Counted from the stretch's first letter, positions 26,504-38,595 are shown. The stretch is 64,000 nt of DNA from Azolla caroliniana (GCA_043228905.1 JBHGNT010000004.1:21700001-21764000); one strand, 5' to 3'. Notes: generated by a model from the letters alone, not told the origin. A program made the numbers and translations.

Positions 26504-26940
26504 TGTTACTGGCCCGGCCGGCAAAGGAGTCTAGAGTGTGAAACGGGGAGTTATTTAATTAGTAGGAATGGTTGTAGGTAAGCTATGAGTGTGGACGGAC
26601 GGACCGGAATCGGTATGCTGTTCCGGATTCGGACCGATCCCAAACAGGTGCGGATGGCACCGTTTTGTAATACAGACCGAAAACCTATTTAAAGGCCCGG
26701 ATACAATGTAATGAACAGCGGTTAATTAATAAAGCTTAGTATTGTTATCTCTCTGTGTTAATTGTCATTCTGCATTCATTGTTATATCTTACGCGTGTGA
26801 ATATTAAGGACGATCTTGCTAAGTAACTTAATTAAGTCGGATTAATCGTTGAGTATAATCCTGTTGCCGTAACACCCTTTGGTGAAGTGTCTTCCGTAGA
26901 CACCCTGTGTTAGGCCATTGTCCGGACCTAAGAGTTAACA
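26504..26940 (+). repeat. Gypsy 3' LTR (437 bp)
   Basis: Direct repeat of 11694-12151, followed by TSD ATACT. Confidence 0.95.
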
Positions 26941-27027
26941 ATACTTTCCATACACATAATAAGAGTGCTTCTTGCCATGAGGTAACCAAGTGTTGAACAC
27001 ATATAGAGCCTGGATTCCTAAGTGAAA

Positions 27028-30000
27028 TGTTGGGATTTCGGTCCCTTCGGATGGGATGGTCGGATGTCGGAGACGAATGCCGACAAGCCCGGTTTCGGTT
27101 TCGGATCCGGATGACGAAGACCCCGGCTTCGGTGCCGGATGACGAATGTACCCGGAGAGCGATCCGGATGCAGGGACATATCCGTGAATATGTTCGCTAT
27201 GGGCCCCTGAGGCTATAGTTGTAAATAGCCCAAAGTCATATAAGTATAAATATGACTTAGGGCAAACCTGTTTGTGGTTGCTAATCATTTTTCTGTTTTT
27301 CCACTCAAGAGGAGTGAAGAGGGAGCAGCCGAGAGAGAGAGAGAGAGATAGAGCGTGAGAGAGGAAGAGGACGACGCCTCTTTGTATTTCCGCCTCCTGT
27401 GGCGAGGACAGCGAGCTCAAGGTTGTCGCCTTGCAGCTCGCCATTGTATACTTCTCTGTATAGTGTTGGTTTGGAGTCTTGTACTCCCGTGGTTTTTCCC
27501 GTCTAGGGTTTTCCACGTTAATCCCTGTGTGTTCGCGTTTTTGTTTCTCTTTGTGGTTCCTATTTTCTGCTCCATTGATTCGCGCTTACACGGTTGTGGC
27601 CGAGTGGTGAAGGTGAATAGAAGCGTCTATTCCCTACAAACTGGTATCAGAGCGACTGTTGCAGAAAATGGAAGGCGGCGGCAGCGGGCAGCCGATGATG
27701 ATGGTGCTGAATGCACAGAATTACGCCGACTGGAAGATCAAGATGGAGGATCTTCTGATTGTTCGGGACCTGTACGAACCGATTGACAGGTCGGAAATAC
27801 CGAAGGGGGTACTTGAGTCGGAGTGGAAGCTCCTGAACCGGAAAGCCGTAGCGACGATCCGACAATATGTCGATGTAAGCGTCCTACAACATGTGGCGAA
27901 TGACACCAACGCATATGAGATGTGGAAGAAGCTGTCGGGCCTCTACGAGAGGAAGAATGCGTTGAACCGGACCTCCCTGATGAGGAAGATAGTGAACCTC
28001 AAGTATCGGGACGGCGAGAGTATGGTTGAACACGTAAGCACGTTCATGGGATTCGTGAACCAGCTTGCGGCGATTAAGTTCCCGTTGGAGGATGCAATGC
28101 AAGCCATCATCCTGATGTGTACATTGCCAGAAAGCTGGGAGAACTTGGTGGTGACTCTCAGCACCTCCTGCACCGAAGATAACTTGTCCTTACAAACGGT
28201 AAAGACAAGTATTTTGAATGAAGAAGCGCGTCGGAGAGATAAGGAACCGACCTCCGACCCGAAGATGTTGTTTACCGAATCGGATCGGGGAAGACAATGG
28301 AACCGGAGTCCGCAAAGACGGGAGAAGTCGGGGACCCGGTCGCAGTCAAGAGGAAGGCCCACATGCTTCCACTGTGGGAAGCCGGGGCACTTCCGAAAGA
28401 ATTGTCGGCATTACCGAAAGGATAATGGAACCGACAACACCGATTCGAAGAAGTCACCGGAGAGAAACGGTGCATACCGGGGAGCCACGGACCGGAATGG
28501 TTCGGATCGGCGAGGACAGGACCGGAAAGGAACGACGGCACTCGCGGCAAGTGAAGAGGAGATCATGCTCATCACCGAAGAAGGTGAACTAAACATTGCC
28601 AGCGATGAGACGACCTGGGTGGTCGATTCCGGAGCATCGTTCCACCTGACCCCGGAGAGAAGATACTTCTCATCCTACACAGCCGGCAAGCATGGCTGTG
28701 TTCGGATGGGAAATGAAGGTACGTGCCGGATAGCCGGCATCGGAGACGTGTGGTTGACAACCCCGACCGGATGCAAAATGCTGCTGAAGGATGTTCGACA
28801 CGTTCCGGAGGTTCGATTGAACCTGATTTCGGCCGGGAGGCTAGACGATGAAGGCTACACAGGTAGCATCCGGAACGGCGTAATGAAGTTCAGCAAGGGG
28901 AGCCTGATAGTGGCTCGGGCCCGGAAAGTCAACACATTGTACCTGATGAATGCCCGGTTATGTCCGGAAGAGCTGAATGTGGTAGCCGACACTGCCGGTG
29001 AGCTGTGGCACAAAAGATTGTGCCACATGAGTGAGAAGGGGATGAAGAGGCTTGCAGAAGACAACCTTATTCCAGTGAAGCATGTGCACCTGGAGAAGTG
29101 CACCGATTGCCTGGCCGGTAAGCAGAACCGAACCTCCTTCCACTCAAGGCCACCGACGAGACGTAGCGCACCATTGGAGTTGGTGCACACGGACGTGTGT
29201 CAGGTAGAAACGAAGTCGCATGGCGGAGCCCAGTACTTCGTAACATTCATAGATGATCACAGCCGAAGACTGTGGACGGCACCGTTGAAGACAAAGGACC
29301 AAGTATTGTCCGTCTTCAAAGAACTCCACGCGAGAGTGGAAAGGGAATCCGGCAAGAAGCTGAAAGCGATACGAGCGGATAACGGAGGGGAATACCGAGG
29401 GCAGTTCCAGGAGTACTGTCGCTCGAAGGGAATCCGACTCGAGTTTACTGTGCCGAAGACGCCGGAACTGAACGGGCTGGCCGAGAGGATGAACCGGACC
29501 ATAATGGAGAGGGTCCGGAGTATGCTGGCACATGCGAAACTACCCAAGGGATTTTGGGCTGAGGCAATGTCGACGGCGACGTATGTGATAAATAGATCAC
29601 CCTCAGTACCTTTGGACGGAGACACGCCGCAGAAAGTGTGGACCGGTAAGGAAGTGTCCTACCGGCATCTGAAGGTGTTCGGGTGTCTCGCATACGTGCA
29701 TGTGGCAAAGGACCGGAGAGGAAAGCTAGATCCGAAGACCCGGCCATGCATATTCCTCGGTTACGGCGACGACGAGTTCGGCTACCGAGTATGGGACCCG
29801 GTCGACAAGAAGATATTCAGGAGTCGAGACATCATCTTCATGGAGGACAAGACACTCGCCGACTGGGAGTCGGAGAAGAAGGTGAAGAGCTCCAAGTCGA
29901 CCGGTGAGGATCAACTCTACGAGGAGCAGTCCCGACCGGCAAGGGACCGGTTAACACTCGAGGATCCGGCCGAAGACGGTGAAGAAACAGAACCGGCCGA

Positions 30001-32362
30001 AGAAGATGAAAACGATACCGGAACCGGCCCCGATCCCGAAATGGATTCGGATGAAGAAGAATCGGAAGAACCGGTTACCGAAGCTCCCGAACGGAGATAT
30101 CCTCTAAGAGAGAGAAGGGCCCCCCGGAGATTTCCGGAACCAGAGCACGTGCTGCTAACCGACGAGGGGGAGCCGGAGAGCTTTGAAGAAGCAAAGCATG
30201 ACACCCAGAGCCGCAGGTGGTTGAGTGCCATGCAGGACGAGATGGATTCCCTGCATGAGAACCACACATATGAACTTGTGGAGTTGTCGAAAGGAAAGCG
30301 GGCACTTCGAAACAAGTGGGTGTTCAAGCTGAAACCGGGAGATGCCGGAAACCCCCCGAGATACAAAGCCAGGATCGTGGTGAAGGGGTTTCAGCAGAAG
30401 AAGGGCGTCGACTTCGACGAGATATTTGCCCCGGTAGTGAAGATGACCTCCATCCGGACGGTGCTGAGCATAGCGGCAAGCATGGACCTCGAGGTAGAAC
30501 AGATGGACGTGAAGACGGCATTCCTTCACGGTGACCTCGATGAAGAGATCTACATGCAACAACCTGAAGGATTCGAGAAGAAAGGAAAGGAGCACCTGGT
30601 ATGCCGGTTGAGGAAGAGCCTTTACGGACTGAAGCAGGCTCCCCGGCAATGGTACCGGAAGTTCGACTCCTTCATGACCGACGAAGGGTACCTCAAAACG
30701 CAGTCCGACCACTGCGTGTTTGTGAAGAAGTTCGAAGGAGGAGACTTTCTAATACTCCTCCTGTACGTGGACGACATGTTGATCGTCGGACGGGACCAGG
30801 TCAAGATACGGATGCTGAAGAAGGCTCTTCACCGAACCTTCGCAATGAAGGACCTGGGTCCGGCGAGGCAAATACTAGGGATGCACATCATCCGGGACCG
30901 GAAGAAGAAGCAGTTGTGGCTGTCACAGGAAAAGTACGTGACGAAGGTGCTTCACCGGTTCAACATGTCGGAAGCAAGACCGGTCGGATCGACTCTCCCG
31001 GCAAACTGCAAGCTGTCCAGCAAGCAAAGTCCCAAGACAAAGGCTGAAAAGGAGGATATGATGAAAGTGCCGTATGCCTCAGCCGTCGGGAGCTTGATGT
31101 ACGCCATGGTGTGTACGAGACCGGACATCGGATATGCAGTCGGAGTGGTGAGCCGGTACATGAGCAATCCCGGCAAAGAGCATTGGAACGCGGTCAAGTG
31201 GATACTCCGATACCTGAAGGGCACAGCGAATGTGTGCCTTCGATTCGGCTCCGGTAAACCCGAACTCGACGGTTTCACCGATTCGGATATGTCGGCTGAT
31301 GCAGATACCAGCCGGTCCACATCAGGGTATGTGATGACGTATGCAGGGGGAGCTGTTTCATGGCAGTCGAGGCTGCAGAAGACGGTTGCGTTGTCAACCA
31401 CGGAGGCGGAGTACATGGCGGTCGTTGAAGCCGGCAAGGAAATAATATGGATGAAGGACTTCATTAGAGAGCTCGGTATCCAACAGGAGGAGTACCGACT
31501 CTACTGCGACAGTCAGAGTGCAATCCACCTTGCGAAGAACGCGGCCTATCACTCCCGGACGAAGCACATCCAGCGAAGATATCATTGGATCCGGGAAAGG
31601 ATAGAAGACAAGGAGTTCGTGCTGACAAAGATCCACACGGACGAGAACGGGTCGGATATGCTGACCAAGGTCCTCACACCCGACAAGCTGGAAGCATGCC
31701 GGAAGAGGATCGGATTGGAGAGACATCCCACGCCGAAGTGAAGGGGGAGTTTGTTGGGATTTCGGTCCCTTCGGATGGGATGGTCGGATGTCGGAGACGA
31801 ATGCCGACAAGCCCGGTTTCGGTTTCGGATCCGGATGACGAAGACCCCGGCTTCGGTGCCGGATGACGAATGTACCCGGAGAGCGATCCGGATGCAGGGA
31901 CATATCCGTGAATATGTTCGCTATGGGCCCCTGAGGCTATAGTTGTAAATAGCCCAAAGTCATATAAGTATAAATATGACTTAGGGCAAACCTGTTTGTG
32001 GTTGCTAATCATTTTTCTATTTTTCCACTCAAGAGGAGTGAAGAGGGAGCAGCCGAGAGAGAGAGAGAGAGATAGAGCGTGAGAGAGGAAGAGGACGACG
32101 CCTCTTTGTATTTCCGCCTCCTGTGGCGAGGACAGCGAGCTCAAGGTTGTCGCCTTGCAGCTCGCCATTGTATACTTCTCTGTATAGTGTTGGTTTGGAG
32201 TCTTGTACTCCCGTGGTTTTTCCCGTCTAGGGTTTTCCACGTTAATCCCTGTGTGTTCGCGTTTTTGTTTCTCTTTGTGGTTCCTATTTTCTGCTCCATT
32301 GATTCGCGCTTACACGGTTGTGGCCGAGTGGTGAAGGTGAATAGAAGCGTCTATTCCCTACA
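27028..32362 (+). mobile_element. Intact Ty1/copia LTR retrotransposon (Tnt1/Tork-like)
   Basis: 611-bp LTRs 27028-27638 and 31752-32362 with one substitution seen. TSD TGAAA. PBS TGGTATCAGAGC at 27642-27653. PPT GAAGGGGGAG at ~31740-31749. Confidence 0.98.
27668..31741 (+). CDS. Copia gag-pol polyprotein, uninterrupted (~1357 aa)
   Basis: CFHCGKPGHFRKNC knuckle, WVVDSGAS protease, HxxxxH..CxxC zinc motif and DDE integrase, RT LYVDDML, RNase H. No internal stop. Confidence 0.96.
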   Translation: MEGGGSGQPMMMVLNAQNYADWKIKMEDLLIVRDLYEPIDRSEIPKGVLESEWKLLNRKAVATIRQYVDVSVLQHVANDTNAYEMWKKLSGLYERKNALNRTSLMRKIVNLKYRDGESMVEHVSTFMGFVNQLAAIKFPLEDAMQAIILMCTLPESWENLVVTLSTSCTEDNLSLQTVKTSILNEEARRRDKEPTSDPKMLFTESDRGRQWNRSPQRREKSGTRSQSRGRPTCFHCGKPGHFRKNCRHYRKDNGTDNTDSKKSPERNGAYRGATDRNGSDRRGQDRKGTTALAASEEEIMLITEEGELNIASDETTWVVDSGASFHLTPERRYFSSYTAGKHGCVRMGNEGTCRIAGIGDVWLTTPTGCKMLLKDVRHVPEVRLNLISAGRLDDEGYTGSIRNGVMKFSKGSLIVARARKVNTLYLMNARLCPEELNVVADTAGELWHKRLCHMSEKGMKRLAEDNLIPVKHVHLEKCTDCLAGKQNRTSFHSRPPTRRSAPLELVHTDVCQVETKSHGGAQYFVTFIDDHSRRLWTAPLKTKDQVLSVFKELHARVERESGKKLKAIRADNGGEYRGQFQEYCRSKGIRLEFTVPKTPELNGLAERMNRTIMERVRSMLAHAKLPKGFWAEAMSTATYVINRSPSVPLDGDTPQKVWTGKEVSYRHLKVFGCLAYVHVAKDRRGKLDPKTRPCIFLGYGDDEFGYRVWDPVDKKIFRSRDIIFMEDKTLADWESEKKVKSSKSTGEDQLYEEQSRPARDRLTLEDPAEDGEETEPAEEDENDTGTGPDPEMDSDEEESEEPVTEAPERRYPLRERRAPRRFPEPEHVLLTDEGEPESFEEAKHDTQSRRWLSAMQDEMDSLHENHTYELVELSKGKRALRNKWVFKLKPGDAGNPPRYKARIVVKGFQQKKGVDFDEIFAPVVKMTSIRTVLSIAASMDLEVEQMDVKTAFLHGDLDEEIYMQQPEGFEKKGKEHLVCRLRKSLYGLKQAPRQWYRKFDSFMTDEGYLKTQSDHCVFVKKFEGGDFLILLLYVDDMLIVGRDQVKIRMLKKALHRTFAMKDLGPARQILGMHIIRDRKKKQLWLSQEKYVTKVLHRFNMSEARPVGSTLPANCKLSSKQSPKTKAEKEDMMKVPYASAVGSLMYAMVCTRPDIGYAVGVVSRYMSNPGKEHWNAVKWILRYLKGTANVCLRFGSGKPELDGFTDSDMSADADTSRSTSGYVMTYAGGAVSWQSRLQKTVALSTTEAEYMAVVEAGKEIIWMKDFIRELGIQQEEYRLYCDSQSAIHLAKNAAYHSRTKHIQRRYHWIRERIEDKEFVLTKIHTDENGSDMLTKVLTPDKLEACRKRIGLERHPTPK

Positions 32363-32521
32363 TGAAATACATCCATTTAGTAATTGCCACCATGAAGCCT
32401 TAATTGTTGTCCTCCCATGTGTTAAACTCTTGTTCTCAATGAAACATTGAACAATAGATATCCATGGTTGTGAGTTTGAACACATGTATTGTAATAATGA
32501 AAATCTATGAGCCATCATATG

Positions 32522-34208
32522 TGTTGAGAATCAAGCTCAACTTGGTCTAGTGTGTGAACTCACCTTGAGAGTGAATAGACACTCCAACGGTCAAGAGTCA
32601 CCATTAAGTCACCACTTTGTATTTTAGCATTTAGTATGAGTCATAGAATCATATTCTATGACACATAACTTATGAGCTTTCACATTGCCCATGCTCCATG
32701 AGTCTTGTAGTTAATGAAGAGAGAGGGTGACTATATAAAGCACCCTCCTCCCACCTTGTATGATGTTGTGTCTTTCTCATTTGTTAATATACTTAACCTT
32801 GCGTATACTCTGTGTGTGTGTCTCTCTCTCTCATACACACACACACACACACACAGTTCACATCTATTCCGCTACACAAGAATCATACACGTTTCTTTTT
32901 ATGGTATTAGAGTGATTTGGTAGTTTGATCTAGCCCATTCGCCTCATCGTGATCATGTGTTATGCTCCACGCCGACGACCAAGAACTGGCTAATCACTAT
33001 CGTAGCTTCGCTACATAGCTCGCATTCGAAGAGAGAAGAAGAAGAAGAAGAATCGACATAATGAATACTCAAATGGGGAGCGCTCTCCCTACCGGGGAGT
33101 TGGATCGAAACAACTTCGCATCTTGGGAGTACAAGATGCACAAATACCTTGTCGGACAATGCTATTGGAGCTACATCAAAGGAGTGCATGAAGACCGACC
33201 CGCCGAAGCGGCTCCCGGATACGCGACATGGGAGCAAGCCACAAGCCGCGTGATGTATTGCTTGGTGACATGTGTTCACGATCACATGCTCGGCTACATC
33301 CGCGAAGCCAAGACGCCGAAGGAGGCATGGGAAAATCTACGAAAGATTTTCGCGGCGAACACAACCGCAAGAAGGCTTCAACTCCGCCAAGAGTTGAACA
33401 ACATTCAACAAAGGGACATGTCCATCACGATATACACCTCGAAGATCAAGGAGCTTTGCGATTCGCTCGGCTCAATAAGCATAAATATCGATGATGATAA
33501 GATGATTCAAATATGCCTCGGCGGCCTCGCACCACGGTTCGGTGCAATGCGAACCGCAGTTCTAGCACGGGAGAAATCTCCCTCCTTCTTCGAGCTCCAA
33601 TCAATGCTATTGGTCGAAGAAAACCACGTGCGTACAAGGAGCAATGAGCCAGAAGGCCACATGCTCTACACGCACTCAAATGGAGGAAGAGGACGCGGAC
33701 GGTCGAGAGGCCGATTCGGCCAAGGACAAGGCGGACGAGGTCCGACCTACGATAACAACTCCCAATTTCGGCCGCAAAACGGAAGCCAACGAGGAACCTT
33801 CACAAGAAGGGGGAGCTTCCACTCCGGCCCGAGCCGTCAAAACGCAACCGAATGAGGATATTGCAGAAAGCTTGGCCACCACGAAGAAGAGTGCCAAAAG
33901 AAGTACTAAAGAATCGGCTTCCACAAGCCGACAACTAACGAATTACGCGCACATTTCCGACTACGAAGTGTATAGCGGAATGTACGGGAACAAATCCGAC
34001 TACAAAGATCGTGGCGGAATGTATGCACACAACCCCGACCGTGGCGGAATGTTCATGATGAAACATAGAGCAAACTCTATGTCGGCCTCTACCTCAACTA
34101 GTGCCCTCAATCCGGACGACGTATGGTTCGTTGACTCCGGAGCCTCAAACCATATGACATCCCATAAAGAATGGTTTCTTGAACTTCGAGAGTCGGAGCG
34201 ACCCGGTT
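32522..34208 (+). mobile_element. Truncated Ty1/copia (5' LTR ~32522-32900, PBS, gag to protease)
   Basis: Begins TGTTGAGAATCAAGCTCAAC, like the LTR terminus of the copia at 14792-20227. PBS variant TGGTATTAGAG at 32902. Gag ORF 33061..33855; WFVDSGASNHMT at ~34125. No pol or 3' LTR found. Confidence 0.85.
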
Positions 34209-36329
34209 AGGGATGAACTGGTCATTGGCTGGTTGGATCATAATAGCTAACCATGTGCTCTTGTCTACGTTATGGCATGCAGTTTCAATGTGGATGTTTG
34301 ACAAGAAAGCTATTCGTATTGTTAAAGCGTGTATTAGGGGATTCCTATGGGCTGGGATCAAGAAAGACAACGCGACAGGCAAAGTATCATGGTCTACGTT
34401 GGTTCTTCCCAAGAGTAAAGGGGGTTTAGGATTGATTGACCCTGGATTGCAAAGTCAGGCATTGCTATGTAAGGTATTGGTAAGGAGCTTGCTACCCAGT
34501 AACGAGTTATGGAAAACATTGATACATAATAGGAGCATTCTCTGGAGTCCAAGACTTGGTGGGCAATGGAAGTCACATAAAGCATTGTTTTTTTGTATGG
34601 ACTTAAAGTTGAGGAAATCTAATCGGTTGGCTGATCGTACTTGTATGTCAGTGATGAAGGCGTGGAGTATGCTCTATGGGCATCTAAGTCAGAATTATCC
34701 AAGTACTAATGTTGAATGGATGCGTCAACCCCTATTGTGGAATGAGACCGTAAAATCGTCAGAGGGAAAGATGCTTGGATAGAGCAAGCATATGCCATGG
34801 GCTATATTGTATTGTGTCGGGATTCATTCAGTGGCAAATTGGATGCGGTTGTCCAGCAATAATCATGATAAATTATATGAAGACGTGGGAAAGGTCAGAA
34901 ATGGCAAAAAGATGCTTGACCTAGTCAATACAATTGTCTACTCAATTCCTATTGGTAATGAGGAAGAGGGTGAATGGTTCGGACAATGTGATGATACGGG
35001 AAAAATTATCAATGCTAGGGATCTAGGAAAGAATGGGAAGATCGTCCAGTTGGGATCAATAGATGAAAGTGCAAGTTGGTACCTGATTAAAATTGTGGCA
35101 CGAGACGGCAAGAAATGGACGGTGAATCCACCAGTTGAGGAGGTTGAGAATGATTGGATCTTGTATGTGGTTGAAGGAAAGCCACTCAAATGCTTAGAAT
35201 GGGATCTTGGTGAATATAAGTGGAAGGGAAAACAAGATAAATCAATAGGTTTCTTCGAATACTCGACGCGCTTGGGGAGAATGTTATGTTGGCATCGTGA
35301 GAAGTGTGCCAACAAATGGGCCCATGTAGCTGTTGATTCAGTCTTCGTGGATAGAACCAGGAGCAGGATATGGAACTCATCCTTCCCCGGCGGGTCAAAG
35401 TGTTTTTCTGGTTAATCACCCATCGGGCTGTTCCACCGGGAGAGTGGCTTGGGAAAAGAGGTGGCATGAGTAGTTGCAAGGCCTATAGTGCGAGCTTGGA
35501 GGACATCGCACATTGTTTGTGGTGTTGCCTATGAGCCCAAGAAGTTTGGCTGAGGAGCTTGAGAATCTTGGCTCGATTCGGAGTTGAGGTTCATGTATCG
35601 AGCGCATCAATCACTTGGTTGGCCACTGAATTGGTTGCGTGGTTTCAAGGGTGGAATGGAAATAGTCATTTTTAAAAGGTGATGCAAGGAACTGTACAAC
35701 CAGCGCAAGGAGGTTCATTCTTCATACAGAAACGCTACGTGGACATATGGTTATTAGTGGTCGGCCTTACAGTTTGGCAAGTGTGGGTATGTCGGTGCAA
35801 GGAGACTTTCTCAGGTAAGGGAACCCCACCGGCTGAGAGTTTAATGATGATCTAGTTTAATCTTATTTCTACATTACGAGGAGAGTTTGAAAGTCTTCAA
35901 GGGCCCTCAGATGCAAGTGAAGAAGCTAGAGCTCTATTCCTTCTAAAATGGAGCGGTTCATCGATACTACAGATGGTGGATGGTAAAGCGAAGTGGAATT
36001 ATCAACCACCACGGTGGTTGTTCCCTCCGAGTGTACCTAACATATAGATGGGTGCTGCCATGAGAAGAGAGTGGAGGATGTCAATGCTGAATTCGGATTG
36101 TATGAGGCTCACATGGAGGGTATGCATTCGAATAATGCTATGCTCATCGAATGATGCGGTGTTTTGGAATTGTTTTTGTTGTTTCCTTTACACATATTGT
36201 TTTCTTTTTTACATGCAAGTTGGCCTCTAAGATATGAGTTGTATATTATCCTATGTACATTGCCTTAACTAATGGAAGTAGTTATTTTTGGAAAAAAAAT
36301 AAAGCAAAAAAAAAAAAAAAAAAAAAAAA
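34209..36329 (+). mobile_element. 5'-truncated L1-like LINE with poly(A) tail
   Basis: SLAGWIIIAN...KVSWSTLVLPKSKGGLGLID are post-RT L1 motifs; decayed zf-RVT region; A-run at ~36292-36329. Confidence 0.88.
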
Positions 36330-38593
36330 CCTTCTAACAAACATGTTATATTGCATAGGTCAACCAAATAATTCATGTAGAAAGCTACTCCTATGCCAAC
36401 AAAATTATATCAATAAACCACTATGATGATATCCAAAAGGCATATCGATGATCAACACCATATACATATACATACAAAGGGAAAAATACCAGAAATATTT
36501 TAGGTATTTAGCAAAATGCCCTGACTAGAATCCCCCTCTTTAAGAAGTAATAAAATCGTAGTTGGAGAGCATGTGTGTGTGTGTGTGTGTGTGTGTCTCA
36601 TTTTTTACCAAAGGACCAACTGAAATTTTTCGTCTTTTTTCCATAAGTCTATTATGAAGTTCTATGGACAATCTCCATGATTGTTATATGTACCAAAATT
36701 TGGGCTATAAACTTCCTGCGCACTAAATTTATTTAGGCTTCCTTATTATGATCCTTTTATAAATTTGTTTTGTCACTCACAACATCAATGAGGATATTTA
36801 TATTTTAGACTATTTTCAAAATGATTCTAGTTGGACATGCAAAGATTATTTGTGGGTTTCCACCTCACCTTGAGGTTTGTCACCCATAATGTAATGCCTT
36901 ACTATAACAAGAATGTTTGACTGTGTGTGACTTGATAGCGAACACCAAAAGGTGTTCTATTTTTTTTTCCAAAAAAAAAAGGGTATTCTATTTGTTTTTA
37001 TTATTAGACGATTGATCAACAATAATACATACACCACCACTTGGAAAAGTAAATATTAAATATTAAATAGTGATAAGCAAGATGACCTTATTTGAAACTC
37101 AAAACAAAATTTATTCCCTATTTAGATTGCAATGTTGATTCAAGAAACTTGCACACTTTTGATAATCAACACTACAAATAAACACATGCTAGTAAAGGCT
37201 TAACAAGTTTTCCATAGGAAGACATGTTTGAACATAATATTTAACAAATTTGTCGTATGGCCCTTGAGAACTATGTGTAACAACATATGTGTGAGGCCTA
37301 GGCTCGATGACTAGCCTAGGTTCAAATCCTAGGACTAAGATAAAGGAGAAGTTGTCATTGGAGCGGTGACGGTTGTCCCAATAATGATCAATTGAGCATC
37401 ACACCTTCTTATGTTGTTCTTTGTCCATGTAGTAATTGCTTCTATACTGTTCTTCTCAACACAAAGCTACAAACAAGCTATTCCCATCCATAGTAAGCTA
37501 AGCCTAAGACCAAGCATACTTTGTCCTTAGCTAGGTAGTGCCAAAATTAAGCCAATTGTAATTAGGAAAATATTTGGCTTTTTTGTAGGTAATTAGGATG
37601 AAAGGTGCTGTAAAACCCCACTCATTACAAGGATTTCGTCATATTAACCCAATTAACAAAGTATTTCAAGATAAGCTAAATTACAAGACACTTAACCCAT
37701 TTAGATAGGTGGAAAGAAAATCGGTAAGGAAGAGGTTGGGATATCCTTGACACTATGAGTATACAATCAATGGCAATCATGCCTTGGTCAACTAAAATGA
37801 AACGCATTGATATATACCCCCCACCACCCCAAAGTAAAAAGCATGGTGTCTTACTTAAGTATATACAAACAATGTTTATCATAAGTTAATTTATAGGAAT
37901 GAGTGGACGGCAAAGAGGGTTACAAGAGAATGAAGAACTATAAAACCCACAACATGAAGGCAATGTGTGGTAGAAATAGGTTAGCGTTCTCGTCTTTTGT
38001 TTAGTGTTAATGTGTTCATCCAAAGAGTTATGATTGGGAATTTACACCTAGTAGACACCTTAATAAAGAGGATTATTGTATGTGGAATTTGTTTTTTTTT
38101 GCACAGTGTAACTAGAATATTGAAAGCATCACGTTATTACTTGCATGGTGTCAAGATCTATTTGAACATATATTTCTATGGTGTGGGCTTCTATAAGGGG
38201 GGTTTCAAAGCATCACTCTAGTGGGGCTTCTCACAAGTGGACTTGATTTTACATTTGTTGCACATTCAAATAGTTTTTGAACACTTGAGGCATTGAGGGT
38301 TATGGCATGTTTGGGGTAAGTGTGACACCTTTGCAAGTGAACCACAATGGGGGGCAATGACATATCCTACAATTGAAAGGTAGGATATGTTGTCAATTCT
38401 TATTGCCGGAAGCGTCAAGGATGTTATCACTTGAGGAATTCCAAATATATCAATTAGTAAGGCATCATATTTTTGTTTTATGTAGGCCTTTTCATCACAT
38501 GACTACTAAATGTCTACAAGATCTTGATTGAGATTCCAACGTCACTTGGCTTTGCGTTATCTATAGTTGTTTTTTGCTAATGTGACTATTTAC

Positions 38594-38595
<2 letters not shown>

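Larger units (their letters stand above)
11694..26940 (+). mobile_element. Non-chromoviral Ty3/gypsy LTR retrotransposon (Athila/Tat-related), decayed, with nested copia and an extra ORF
   Basis: LTRs 11694-12151 and 26504-26940 (TG..CA), TSD ATACT on both sides. PBS TGGCGACCAC at ~12159 resembles the complement of a tRNA-Arg 3' end. Gag with CCHC knuckles, protease IVIDGGSAVN, RT FLDGFSGYNQI/VFLDDF, RNase H, integrase WGLDFVGPF; order PR-RT-RH-IN. Confidence 0.95.

Noticed and set aside
26935-27786. Duplicated ORFs 26935..27516/31674..32240 and 27355..27786/32079..32450
   Set aside because: Identical only because they lie in the two LTRs of the copia; no protein motifs.
37291-37340. GGTTCAAATCC B-box-like motif (similar at ~6156-6168) suggesting a tRNA or SINE
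   Set aside because: No cloverleaf, A-box, tail or TSD could be identified.
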